From Bilabrum cf. latius (lineage: Eukaryota), in contig OZ237746.1 in NCBI GenBank assembly GCA_965178125.1, positions 434,001 through 498,000 of the forward strand: a stretch of 64,000 nucleotides of DNA, in the 5' to 3' direction. A program made the position numbers and the translations under genes. Below, piece by piece: positions 1 to 12,200 of the stretch; within the stretch, counting starts at the first letter, position 1, and each line of letters starts with the position of its first letter. The notes under the pieces are model-generated. The model made no database searches. It had not been told where the DNA came from and worked only from the letters and a program-made list of their open reading frames with translations.

Positions 1-494
1 TGGCCGTGCGTGTGTGTGCCATGCACAGCCAGTTTGTCTGTCTGATTGGAGAATGACGAATGCACTTGCCGCCCCAGTCCGAGAGCCAAGAGCTCGATGG
101 TGATACAGTGCGTGCCTCACTACCCCGAGGCTCGATGACTCCCTTTTGTGTCGATTGATTCGGCGTACTGTTTGTACTCATCATTGTCTTTTCCACATGA
201 GATGATGGTTTTGAAGACTTGCGCTGAGCTGCATCCACCAGTGTTGCTATGAACTAGACTTGCTATCCATTCACCGCAGCGGAACCACCCCACGTCACAC
301 GAGCACTACCTTCGTGGACCGAGCCAGTGCAACCGTCGCTGTCATGAAACGGCCTGGGTGGACTTCTCCACCTCGCACGATACCACATAATTTCAGAATA
401 TTGTCTGAACTGTGCCGTCAGAATCCGGGTCAACTCGATCCGCTAAGCTGTGCATGGCCCCGCCCCAGTTCTGATCGATGAGTCGGCCCACGAC

Positions 495-580
495 AACGAT
501 CGCAGCCTTCACGCGCACGGCCCGCATCATCTCGGACCAGGACATACGATACATGCAGGGGTCCACCCTCGTCACCAAGG
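495..580 (-). pseudogene. Highly degenerate remnant of the receiver-domain sequence
   Basis: cacgcgcacggcccgcatcatctcggaccaggacatacgatacatg resembles 6096-6140 and 9457-9500. It lies next to ankyrin copy A, as the 5914-6320 fragment lies next to copy B. Confidence 0.4.
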
Positions 581-626
581 CAACTTGGAATGCACATAGT
601 CTAGCGCATTTGCCTCTAGTCCAGTT

Positions 627-2362
627 TCACATACTCCCGGCCTCTGCAGCTGCTAGCTTCGCCCTCGCCGCAGCCAGCTCCCGCTCCAGGTCCCTCACAC
701 GATCCCGCAGCTCCTCCACAGTCTATCCCCCTGTCTTCCCACCAGCGCTAGCACTGCCCTACCCCTACCCATCCACACTCGCACCCCCGCACACCGCCTT
801 GCCGCCGACCCTGTCTCCTTCCTCGTTTCCCCTGTCCCCGCCCCACCACGCCCTCCCCTCCACCAACGCCCGGGCCACATGGTCCTCGTTCCCCTACACC
901 GGATTGCCATCCCCGCACACGCCCGCTTGCAGCCCGCTGCGCATCGCATCAAATATCCCGTCCATCATACCATCCCAGCCCTGCCGACCGCTCAACGCAC
1001 CGCCAACCTTCGCAGGTGATCCAAACACAACCCTCCCATGCCCCCACTTCCACGCCCCCAGCAGCACGCTCGCGCACTCCACATACCCCTGCTGCACCGC
1101 GCACGCAAGCGGACTCAGGCCCGCACCAGGCGACCCATTCCCACCGAGCAACCACGTCCCTCCCGCCCATCGACCCACCCGCAGCCGCTTCCCCAGCTCC
1201 AGTGGCCTGCCCTCCCTCGCCGCTCGATGCACCATCCGCGCGTCCCGCTGCGCCTCGTGCGCCCGCCGGAACCGTACCAGGTCATGCCCCCTGCCGTGCC
1301 ACGCGCACGCCCTAGCCAGGTGAGGGGGCAGCCGCTCCACCATGCGCCTCAGGCAGGCCATGGAGTCGTGCTTCACATCCTCCAGCATCTCCTTGAGCTC
1401 ATCGGAAGCGTGCTTCAACGGGGTGTACCCGAGGTCGTTCACAGCCGTGAGGTCTCCTCCTGACCGGAGAAGGAGAGCCATGCAGGCGAAGGCGTTGATC
1501 TGCCGCTGGCCATGGCACACATTGGTACGATACATCAACAAATGCAAGGGGGTGTCAGCTAAAGGGATAGCAGGGCACTGCGAGGGTTCTTTATAGCAAC
1601 CTCTAAGTATATCTGAAGTGCGACGATGATAGCTGTTCCCATTGTTGATCTTGGCTGCCTCGCTCGATTCCAGCCAGCGACGCAGCCGGTGGTACCCGAA
1701 CTCGCCTTTCCCCTCCAGCGGACTGCCCTGCTCCTTGTCGCACACGGACCCTGTGCGGTTGTTGTGTAGCAAGCCGATGCGCTGTAGAAGGCGCAGGAAT
1801 CCAAAGTGCCCTTCAAGGGCAGCACCGTGGACCACCGTCAGCCCGAGCTGCGTACGAAGCACCGAAAAGAAACTAGCAGGTAGAACTTGGCCATACGAGA
1901 TGATCAATGCTGCAGTTGGCGATGGGAGGGGTCCCAGCGGCCCGCTGTTGCTCACATCGCTGCGTGCCGACAACACTCTGTCCGGAACGATCCGTCGTAC
2001 CTAGTGAAGATTAGAACATTCCGATCCATACGTGAAAACGACGTATCCCAAAACCTGTGCTGATTAAAACACGAGTACGGCTCTACTTCATCAATTCGGT
2101 TCGTGTAGACTATTTGTAGCACACTAGGGCAGCAGCTCACATTCTCAACAGTCGCCGGCCTATCGTACAGTATCAATAATGGATCGGTACCGGGGAAACA
2201 TCTCGCGTATGGACATGGCAGCAATCTGCACGAATCGTACCGTTCCCAGAACCCACTGCTCTTAAACAGTGATACGGACTGGTGCATAAATCCATTCGGT
2301 GAATCCCTCAGGGTAGCGAGTTCATCCAAGAACACGCTGGCGTCAGTGGGAGGGCTGCTCAT
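627..2362 (-). CDS. Ankyrin-repeat-like protein with C-terminal coiled coil, copy A (~495 aa, TAG=Gln; predicted exons 2362-2141, 2000-1956, 1847-627)
   Basis: Ankyrin-like motifs SD|LGLTVVHGAA, ADTPLHLLM, VNDLGYTPLKHA and GLSPLACAVQQGHVECASVLL. GTGAGC donors and TAG/CAG acceptors are shared with paralogs. The frame reads through TAGs at 894, 765, 759 and 723 to TGA at 627-629. Confidence 0.7.
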
Positions 2363-2641
2363 TTCTAGCGCTGCTCAGAAGTGATGCAAATAGCGGCGCT
2401 CATCAGCACTGCTGGCAGGCTGCGCCGCCGGCGCCGGGCCCCGGGCCCTCTACGGAACCAACCACCTTGTGGAGAGCTGGCTCCATTAGAAATTTGGACT
2501 AGCAGGCTAATGTGTTTGATTGTGGTTGTACAACTTACCATTATTGGACTTTGTCAAGCTTCTGATTCCATGCTAAGCGTACAGAAGAACGCCAAAGCCG
2601 AATTTGCAGCCTCTGTTCGCTTGCGCCAAAGGGAGCGACAT

Positions 2642-5446
2642 ATGGCAGCCAACGGAGCGAACAGGCTGTCACATGCAAGCACTGGTCCGCTCTCTGATGC
2701 AACAAATCTACTAGCTGCATCCTTGGAGATCTTCTCAAGTGATATGAAGGACATCAAGGATGTCGCTGAGATAGAAAACCCGAAATTGCTCGGAAAGGTG
2801 ATCAGTGACAGTATCGAGCATCATTCAAGCATTCCAACTATACCTTTGAGGAATGACGATCTGTGCAAGGACTACCCTGAAGTGTGCGTCAACCTGATGT
2901 GTCAATGTCGCAGCCAGAACACCGGATCTGCCCTTGTGTACTAGTACGAGTAGGTCGCACCAGCTAGTACTACGCATGCGGTCGCAAGGTGCAAACTACC
3001 AGCCCTGTACATCCCGAATACACCTTGGGGCGGCCCTATTACTCAGGCTGGGATTAAGAAAGCTCTAGTGAGGCAGAGTGCCGGCGTCCGTGATGAAACC
3101 GCGCTAAGAGCTGTGGAAGACTACAGTGACCTCGCTACCATTCTCCAGGAGCATGCCATGTTTGGGTGGAAGAAGCCTAAGAAAGTCGACAGGGACGAAC
3201 AGCTGCCGAGGGCCTTCACGGAGCTCCCGCGCTTCCTCGAATCCGGCGATCTGAGTCCACAGACACAGGCTAGCGTCATGTACGTGTCTTCCTAGCAGAA
3301 TCGGAAGTTCAAGGATGGTTTTGACAACACCAAGATCAAGGAGGTCCAGGATAAACTTGAAAAGCGCGTTGATGACCGCGCCGCAAGCATGGCTTCCGGT
3401 GGCGAGGGGGGGTCATCTCCGTCTGACAGGGGGTCTGAACCACACAGTGGGGGGGGTCCAGGTGAACATGGCAGCGGGAAGTCACCAGTCTCTGGATCTA
3501 CCAGTAGCTCTGCCCGAACAGGTACAAGCGGGGAAACTGGATCTGAAGATGGAGGTCCAGATGAATCAGTCGGTGGACAGTCACTGCCAGGCATCCTTGG
3601 TTCTAGTGGTGAACATGTCTCTAGCAGTGAACATGGCCAAGCCGGTGAGGCTCTGGAAGAGTCGAGTAGCGAACAAGCACAAGCTAGTCTCGGAGGTGGT
3701 GAAGCATCGCAAGCCCATATCATGTCACCAGAACAGGCAGTGCAGCAACTCAAGAACACCGACCGGCTGGTTTTACTGACAGCAGACATGACAGTGAAAG
3801 GTGACCTAAACGGCCGCCTACTCGATTCCTACTCGGATGTCGTGGAGATGTTCGGCGTACAGCAGGAACCAACGCAGGGATACACGGACATTTGCCACCG
3901 CCAAGACGCTCGCAAGGTCAGTATGGCTCACAAGGCCCTCAAGATTCTGGCGAAGCTATTCCTCGCTGCATACGACGCCATTTGGGGTGTCCATCCGGAT
4001 ACAGGGCCCTTCGATGGCAAGTGGTGTGGGGCCCGGAACGTGCATACTGACTAGGCCATCGTCCACTGTTTGGAGGGTGTGTGGGGAGGCTCCGCTCGAG
4101 GAGCATCGAGATCTCTCACAGGCGGTCCGTGGGAAGCAAAGGAAGGCTCGATGCGAGCTCATGGTCTCGCCTGGGGAGTCGGGCTTCAACGGTGGTTCCG
4201 GCACCATCCTGACGGTGCAAACGAAGGTGGTGGCAGCCAAAACCAGGGTGGTAGTGAAGGTGGGACGACTGACAAAGTAGGTACCGGTGAAGATGGCGAA
4301 GGCGAGGACGGAGGCACCGGTGAAGATGGCGAAGGCGAGGACGGAGGCACCGGTGAAGATGGCGAAGGCGAGGACGGAGGCACCGGTGAAGATGGCGAAG
4401 GCGAGGACGGAGGCACCGGTGAAGATGGCGAAGGCGAGGACGGAGGCACCGGTGAAGATGGCGAAGGCGAGGACGGAGGCACCGGTGGAGATGGCGAAGG
4501 CGAGGACGGAGGCACCGGTGGAGATGGCGAAGGCGAGGACGGAGGCAACCCACCGCTTGCTATCCATTCGGACCGTAAGAATGCTGCTTCGGCCAAGCAG
4601 GAGTACACGCAGTGGATGCAAGATGCGTTCGGGCCCGCAATGACTTTGGAGCAGCTGCACAATATGAAGCGTGCTGCACAGCTCCTGGTGGGGAACAAGA
4701 GGGTGAAAGAAGCTCTGAAGGACAAGACAGTCGACACTGTGGTGGGCCATGCTATGCTCATTGCGTATGTGCCAGTGCTGATGGGCCTACGCGAATATCC
4801 CCGCGAAGGCGTGAAGGTCGCGCACAATGTCTACCGCATCCTGCAGAAGGAGCACCTGTGCACGTCGCAAGCGCAATGCAAGTGCTTCAGGAGCGACCAG
4901 GGCTGCTCCCGCCCGATCAGCCCTCCGCGCTTCGACCTGGAGCCCGCAGCTCCAAATCATCGGGGAACGCTTCCACCGGAAACCCAACGGGATCAAGAAC
5001 GGGAGTCTGACCTTGGTACACCATCGAAGGAATCTAGTGACAGAAACAGTGTCGTTGCCACAGCTGCACATCAAGGCAGGTCTACGGGCGGGAGTGCAGT
5101 TAGTCCAAGCCTGCAGAGGCTCTCGGCCTTGGTGGAATCTGCGGCAGAGACTGTGCCCCAGGCGGGTTAGCCACTGCAGCATCCGGATATTGCAGACTTG
5201 GCCATCGGTGCGTACGTCTCTGCCGCCATCGCGGTCACGAAGAAAGGGTCTAGACCCCGTGCAAAGCTCGCGGGCACTGGTGAAGGATTCAAGATCCCGT
5301 GCGCACCTCACTGGAAAATGCTCGATGATGCGTTCCTGCCGCTTGAGCAACCGAGCGGTAGCAGCGCCGCATCGGCTCGAGCCTCTGACCATCGCGAAGG
5401 GCAGCCAGCGCAATTCTGCCACTTCATGGGTATCGATGTAGAGTGA
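2642..5446 (+). CDS. Unknown protein 'X', copy 1 (~930 aa, TAG=Gln); Cys/His motifs and Gly/Ser/acidic low complexity
   Basis: ORFs 2381, 3068, 3389, 4070 and 5198 share one frame, are separated only by TAG, and end at TGA 5444-5446. A conserved paralog lies at 51756-54067. The start codon is uncertain (ATG 2570 or 2642). Confidence 0.7.
4283..4546 (+). repeat. Coding minisatellite, 8 x 33 bp (TG[E/G]DGEGEDGG)
   Basis: Unit accggtgaagatggcgaaggcgaggacggaggc; absent from the paralog X2. Confidence 0.95.
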
Positions 5447-5913
5447 GTCTTGAGTAATGCGTCGGACCATGGGGAAATATCGCAAACAGCAGGCAAAGCG
5501 CATGACAGAAGGGACACTCTAGGCCGCCACCTGCGTGGTGCAAGGGCCTCGGGTGCAAGACTCAGTTGTGCAGCTACTGGTCCCGCGCCGCGTTCGATCC
5601 AGTGCGACGCACGACCTAGATTCTATCAGCAACCGCTAGCTGCTTCTGCCTGACTGCCAGGCAGTGGCTGCTGGTGGCTCGAACGTCTTCTCCATCCAGA
5701 CCAGACTCGACCGAAAATTGCTGGTTGCTTCTTACAAAGGTGGAGGGCGATTGCAAAAGCCCGACTTGGGGCGCTAGATTATTTGCTAGCTTGGCTACAG
5801 TACCTGGATCGCAGAATTTTGCATACATCTAAGTGTAGGATCCGGGGTATCTGGATCAAGGCATGCAGACTCTTGTCACACTGCGGCTGCTTCACAGCTA
5901 CTTCACTGCCGAA

Positions 5914-6320
5914 TCAATGCAACGCCTTCTACAGGCGCCCCGCGCGCGTCAGCACCTCACCCACCTGTGCCCGCCGCACCGGCTTCAGTAGCACGTCCTG
6001 CGCCCCGCACCTCCGGAACAACGCCTGGTCCTCGGGCAGCGCGTTGCCCGTCACACCCACGATCGGCACCCTGTGGATCCGGTGGTCGCTGTCCTCACGC
6101 ACGGCCCGCGCCATCTCGGGCCCGGACATGCGAGGCATGGAGAAGTCCAGCAGCACCAGGTCGGCGGCCAGACCGTGGGCCTGATCTCCCATCTGCTGGG
6201 CTCTCTGCTTGAGCACATCCAGCCCCTCCTGCCCATCACTAGCCTGCAGCACCTGAATGGATCGATCGCCATATCGCACCATGCGAGACAGGAAGAGCCT
6301 ATTGGTGCAGTTGTCGTCCT
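5914..6320 (-). pseudogene. 5'-truncated duplicate of the histidine-kinase receiver domain
   Basis: Near-identical to 9275-9680 but cut at the (VV)DD motif and joined to the 3' flank of ankyrin copy B. Confidence 0.75.
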
Positions 6321-6338
6321 ATTGCCTCTTGTCCAGTT

Positions 6339-8065
6339 TCACATACTCCCGGCCTCTGCAGCTGCTAGCTTCTCCCTCGCCGCAGCCAGCTCCCGCTCCA
6401 GGTCCCTCACACGATCCCGCAGCTCCTCCACAGCCTACCCCCCTGTCTTCCCACCAGCGCTAGCACTGCCCTACCCCTACCCATCCACACTCGCACCCCC
6501 GCACACCGCCTTGCCGCCGACCCTGTCTCCTTCCTCCCTTTCCCTGTCGCCGCCCCACCACGCCCTCCCCTCCACCAACGCCCGGGCCACATAGTCCTCA
6601 TTCCCCTACACCGGATTGCCATCCCCGCACACGCCCGCTTGCAGCCCGCTGCGCATCGCATCAAATATCCCGTCCATCATACCATCCCAGCCCTGCCGAC
6701 CGCTCAACGCACCACCAACCTTCGCAGGTGATCCAAACACAACCCTCCCATGCCCCCACTTCCACGCCCCCAGCAGCACGCTCGCGCACTCCACATGCCC
6801 CTGCTGCACCGCGCACGCAAGCGGACTCAGGCCCGCACCTGGCGACCCATTCCCACCGAGCAACCACGCCCCTCCCGCCCACCGACCCACCCGCAGCCGC
6901 TTCCCCAGCTCCAGTGGCCTGCCCTCCATCGCCGCTCGATGCACCATCCGCGCGTCCCGCTGCGCCTCGTGCGCCCGCCGGAACCGTATCAGGTCATGCC
7001 CCCTGCCGTGCCACGCACACGCCCTAGCCAGATGAGGGGGCAGCCGCTCCACCATGCGCCTCAGGCAGGCCATGGAGTCGTGCTTCACATCCTCCAGCAT
7101 CTCCTTGAGCTCATCGGAAGCGTGCTTCAACGGCGTGTACCCGAGGTCGTTCACAGCCGTGAGGTCACCTCCTGACCGGATCAACAGAGCCATGCAGGCG
7201 AATGCGTTGATCTGCCGCTGGTCCTTGCACACTTTGGTACGATACATCAACAAATGCAAGGGGGTGTCAGCTAAAGGGATGCCAGGGCAATGCGAGGGTT
7301 CTCTAGAGCTGCTATAGAGATCCTCTGAAATGATCGTATCAAGCGTCTTGTTTCGTCTCAAGTTGGCTGCCTCGCTCGATTCCAGCCAGCGACGCAGCCG
7401 GTGGTACCCGAACTCGCCTTCCCCTTCCAGCGGACTGCCCTACTCCTTGTCGCACACGGACCCTGTGCGGTCGTTGTGCAGCAAGCCGATGCGCTGGAGA
7501 CCGCGCAGGAATACAAAGTACCCCCATCGAGCAGCCCCGTGGACCACCGTCAGCCCGAGCTGCGGACAGAGCACTGAAATATCGCTAGATCAGATGAGTA
7601 ATGCTGCTGTTTTCGATAGGAGGGGTCCCAGCGAGCCTCAAGTGCGTGCATTGCTTACGTCGCTGCGTGCTGGCAGCACCCTGTCTGGAACGATCCGTCG
7701 TAAATAGCGAAGATCGGGACATGCATCTCCAGACATAAACATAGCGTATCCCAAAACCTGTGCTGATTAACACACGAGTACCGCTCTACTTCATCAATTC
7801 GGTTCGCGTAGACTAGTTGAAGCAAACCTTGGCAGAGACTCACATTCTCAACAGTCGCCGGCCTATCGTACAGTATCAACAATGGCTCGGTGTCGGGGAA
7901 ACATCTCGCGTATGGACATGGCAGCAATCTGCACGAATCGTACCGTTGCCAGAACCCGCTGCTCTTACACAGTGTGAAAAAACGTTGCATAAACCCGTAC
8001 CTTGGGCCTCCCAGGGTAGCGAGTTCATCCAAGAACGCACTCAAATCAATTGAAGGCCTGCACAT
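6339..8065 (-). CDS. Ankyrin-repeat-like protein, copy B (possibly a pseudogene)
   Basis: Paralog of 627-2362; last exon 7559-6339 is open with TAG=Gln (TAG 7440-7442 aligns to CAG in the other copies). The intron-1 acceptor CTAG|G of the other copies reads CTAT|T here (about 7702-7706). Confidence 0.55.
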
Positions 8066-8149
8066 TTCTGGTAATGATCAGAGTGTACCGCAAATACGGG
8101 ATCAGGTGTTGGGGGTGGCGCCGCGCCAACAGCGGAACCTCCGGTGGCG

Positions 8150-8720
8150 AAACTGGCCCCAGACTACTAGGCTTATGTACTGCATACTGGTTCTACCACT
8201 TACCTTTTGTGGACTTTGTTGGGCTTCTGATGCCATGCTAAGCTCATAGACCAACGCCCCATCCGAGTTCGCAGCCTCTGTGCGCTTGCGCCACAAGTAC
8301 CCAGTGTGCACCTCACTGGAAAATGCTCGATGATGGGGCGCCCCACCTAAATGGACGGAACGCAAGGGGCATTAGTGGCGGTTCCGTCCATTTAGGTGGG
8401 GCGCCCTCGATGATGCGTTCCTGCCGCTTGTGCAACCGAGCGCTAGCAGGGATGCATCGGCTTGAGAGTCTGACCATCGCGAAGATCAGCCAGCGCAATT
8501 CTGCCACTTCATGGGTATCGACGTATAGTGAGTCGTTCCCAAGTAATGCGTCGGAGCATGGGGAAATATCGCAAACAGCAGGCAAAGCGCATGACAGAAG
8601 GGACACTCTAGGCCGCCACTTGCGTTCGATCCAGTGAGACGCACGACCTAGATTCTATCAGCAACCGCTAGCTGCTTCTGCCTGACTGCCAGGCAGTGGC
8701 TGCTGGTGGCTCACACGTCT
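8150..8720 (+). pseudogene. Internally deleted remnant of gene X
   Basis: 8150-8295 matches the 5' flank of X1 (about 2490-2627) and joins at about 8300 to sequence matching the X1 3' end and flank (5300-5700). About 2.7 kb is missing. Confidence 0.75.
8336..8406. mobile_element. 71-bp miniature inverted-repeat element (26-bp perfect TIRs, 9-bp TSD)
   Basis: TIR gggcgccccacctaaatggacggaac at 8336-8361 with its exact reverse complement at 8381-8406. TSD tcgatgatg at 8327-8335 and 8407-8415. The empty site with a single tcgatgatg is at 5322-5330. Confidence 0.9.
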
Positions 8721-9274
8721 TCTCCATCCGGTCTGCCAGCGATCGATATTGGTTGGACGCACCTTGAGCTGTAGCGCGCACCACAGGCGGCGCTGCTTGA
8801 GGCGGTGGCCCAAGCACGGGCGTCCAGCTAGTCCCAACTAACTTGGAGATACTTTGCTTTGCTTCAACGAGACCACCCACTGCAGCCTTTTGTAAGGAAG
8901 ATATGGTAAGACATGGAGAATTTGTTGTGTTGTCCGCTGGTGGACAAATCCACCGGTGGATGCAGGCACATGGCGACGGCTCTGTGTTCGATGCCATGTC
9001 TGGTAGTATCTGGGTGGTTGAGTCTGTAAAAGAAGCTTTCATGGAAGTCACGATGTCAAGACCAGATTCGACCGGAAATTGCTGGTTGCTTCTTACAAAG
9101 GTGGAGGGCGATTGCAAAAGCCCGACTTGGGGCGCTAGATTATTTGCTAGCTTGGCTACAGTACCTGGATTGCAGAATTTTGCATAGATCTAAGTATAGG
9201 ATCCGGGGTATCTGGATCAAGGCATGCAGACTCTTGTCACACTGCGGCTGCTTCACAGCTACTTCACTGCCGAA

Positions 9275-12200
9275 TCAATGCAACGCCTTCTACAGGCGCC
9301 CCGCGCGCGTCAGCACCTCACCCACCTGTGCCCGCCGCACCGGCTTCAGTAGCACGTCCTGCGCCCCGCACCTCCGGAACAACGCCTGGTCCTCGGGCAG
9401 CGCGTTGCCCGTCACACCCACGATCGGCACCCTGTGGATCCGGTGGTCGCTGTCCTCGCGCATGGCCCGCGCCATCTCGGGCCCGGACATGCGAGGCATG
9501 GAGAAGTCCAGCAGCACCAGGTCGGCGGCCAGACCGTGGGCCTGATCTCCCATCTGCTGGGCTCTCTGCTTGAGCACATCCAGCCCCTCCTGCCCATCGC
9601 TAGCCTGCAGCACCTGGGTGGATCGATCGGCAGATCGCACCATGCGTGATAGGAAGAGCCTGTTGGTGCGGCTGTCGTCCACTACAAGGACAACCATCTA
9701 GCGCAATGCCGATCCCTTATCTTCGACTGGTTGCTTAGTTGCGGAAGGTGAAGCGGACACTGCCATGCCATCACCGTCAAGCTGTTGCTGCCGCCTTTTG
9801 TTCTTCTTGACCACTCGTCGCTTCCTTCCTTTGGCATGGCCTGCATTTCCCGTCTGCTGTTGGATTGGCACCGTCACTACTGACGCTCCTTGCTCCTGTG
9901 CGGGGTCCGTATTAACCCCACCAACCAGCGGTGCCGCGTGCTACTCTACAGCTGATGTGCCTCGAGCGGGAGTCTAGCGTGCTGCCGACGATGCTGATGC
10001 TCTTGCGTCAACACTAGACGCCAGTTCACCAGTGGCCGAGGTCGCAGCACAATAAGCGCGCAAGGGATCTTTCCGGCCGCCGTTCGGCCCATCCAAGCAA
10101 AGGAGAGGTCCAGGGAGGGCACCCCCTTCCTTGGTGTGGCCCGGAGCCGGCTCGTCACAACTAGAGATACTATCGTGCGACAGAGAAAGCGACGGACTGG
10201 CCCAGCGATGGAGAGGGGGGGCCCTCCGTGGAGCGGACAGACGCTTGAGCTGTGAACTGTGGCTGGGCTACGTCGCGGATGAGATTGATGTCGTTCCAGT
10301 TCCCCAGCTGGCAGAGCTACGGTCCACTAACCCGCGCGAGGCCTTTGCCAGCACGGACATCCTAGTCCACAGGAAGAACACGCTGCCCACACCAGGCATG
10401 GAGCTAAACCCCACACAGCCCCCATGCATCTTCATCACCGTCGCAGTGATGGCCAGCCCCAGCCCGGACCCCTGCCCCTCCGCCGTGAGAATGCCCGAGT
10501 GCAGCGTCTCGAAGGACGTGAAGACCTGGCCCCAGGCAGACCGGTCGATGCCGGGGCCCTGGTCGAATACCCACAGGCACACTGGCACGTCTATTGATAA
10601 GGTGCTATCAGCAGAACTCGATGAGCTGCCATGAATGGATCCAGCGCTACCACCACCACTGGCACCTGGTCGCTCGGCCAACCTGGCCCTGCCCTCCCCC
10701 TGACCCGTTTCTTGGCCTGCAGATGAGCCTGGATGCACCTGCACAGACGCACTCGTCGGATCATGGAGAGCGGGGTGTTCCTGCGTCTCGTTCTGGAAGT
10801 TGCGACCGCTCTAGTCCTCATCGAGCAACGAGCGGTGCAGCTCTGTCGAAGCGGTAGACCTGTGTTCCTTGGCTGCCTTCAGCCAGGCTGACACTGCACT
10901 GATGTGTGACATGTCATCGCAGTCTGCTTCCAGCTGATCCCAAATGTCATCATACTGCCCTGTGGTGTCTGGGGCGACCTAGGACCGTGAACGTTGCAGT
11001 TGTTCTCCTTGAACCACTGAGAATGGCATGGACTCGGGTGCGAGCGGGCGCACGGCATCGTCAGCGGAGGCAAGCTACCTCACCCCACCATCGCCGTCCT
11101 GCTGGATCCCGGCGGCACTTAGCTGCGGCACTTGACCTGACCGCACGCTGGTCGCATGGCAACTGTTCGCCTATGTGCTGTCCATGGTGCTGTCAGCGTC
11201 ACCGGCACGTTTTGAGACCTGGGCTCCACGCTTCATCGTATCACCGATCAGCTCATTAGCATTCCTTGACGACGTGGATGTTCGGGCGGTGGCTCCACTA
11301 AGCTCTGCCCTGAGAGCACCCATGCTAATGGGCGCGTTTGGAAGCGGTGCAATGCGTGCAGCCGAGCGAGCGCTATCAGGTGTCGAACGATTTGAAGCGT
11401 CTGATGCTTGCCGCACGCTATATCTGTCGATGTTCGGAGCGCTTCCGGGGGCACCTTCACTTACTTCGCCTGATTGATGGCCAGATCTTGGCCCAGCCTT
11501 CCATTCTTGCGTGGTGACAATCGAGTGCAGTCTCCTGCACGGCTCGTCTCCTAGTACCTTTCCTGCAGCCAGCCAGTCGTCACCGTCCCACAGGTGCGGA
11601 GGCACCACTGAGCTGCCGATCACCACTGAGCCGCCACCTTCGTTGTTTGTATCGCTAGTGTCCGCATCGGTCCACCTCAGTGCATTCGACACGAAGTTTC
11701 CAAGAGCTCCTCTCACCCGCACCGGGTCACACTCCATCGGCATGCCGCTGGCTGGATGCAAGTCAGCCAGGACCAGCCCCGTGTGGTTGCGCTCTGCCTG
11801 GGCCTCAAAGGTCTTGCGTGTATCTAGCAGGCAGGAAGGCAGCAGCCTCGTGGCCTTCTTGCGGATCTTCAGACTGCCGGTCTCGATGTGCTGCAGGTCG
11901 AGCACGTCGTTGAGGGTGGTCTGCATTGCCTCTGTGGCTGCCTCAAGCGAGGGCAGCGTGTCGTCGAAGAGACCCACAGCCTCCTGCAGCAGGTCTTTCG
12001 CAGCTTGGGTGCTGGTTACAGGGTGATGCGCGGTACCGTCATCTAGCTCCTTGCTTGACTCAGCACTGCCTCCCATAACCATAACACCATCACTCCGACT
12101 GAGAGATTCGCGTGCAGGTCGTGCCGTGGTGCTTGTTGGGTTGTGATTGTCACCGCTGCTGCTGAGTCGGCCCCGATAGCTCCCCCTCCTCCGCATACCA

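Noticed and set aside
8668-9187. Small ORFs on both strands between the X remnant and HK1
   Set aside because: No recognisable motif, partly deleted in the duplicate copy, and the coding strand cannot be determined.
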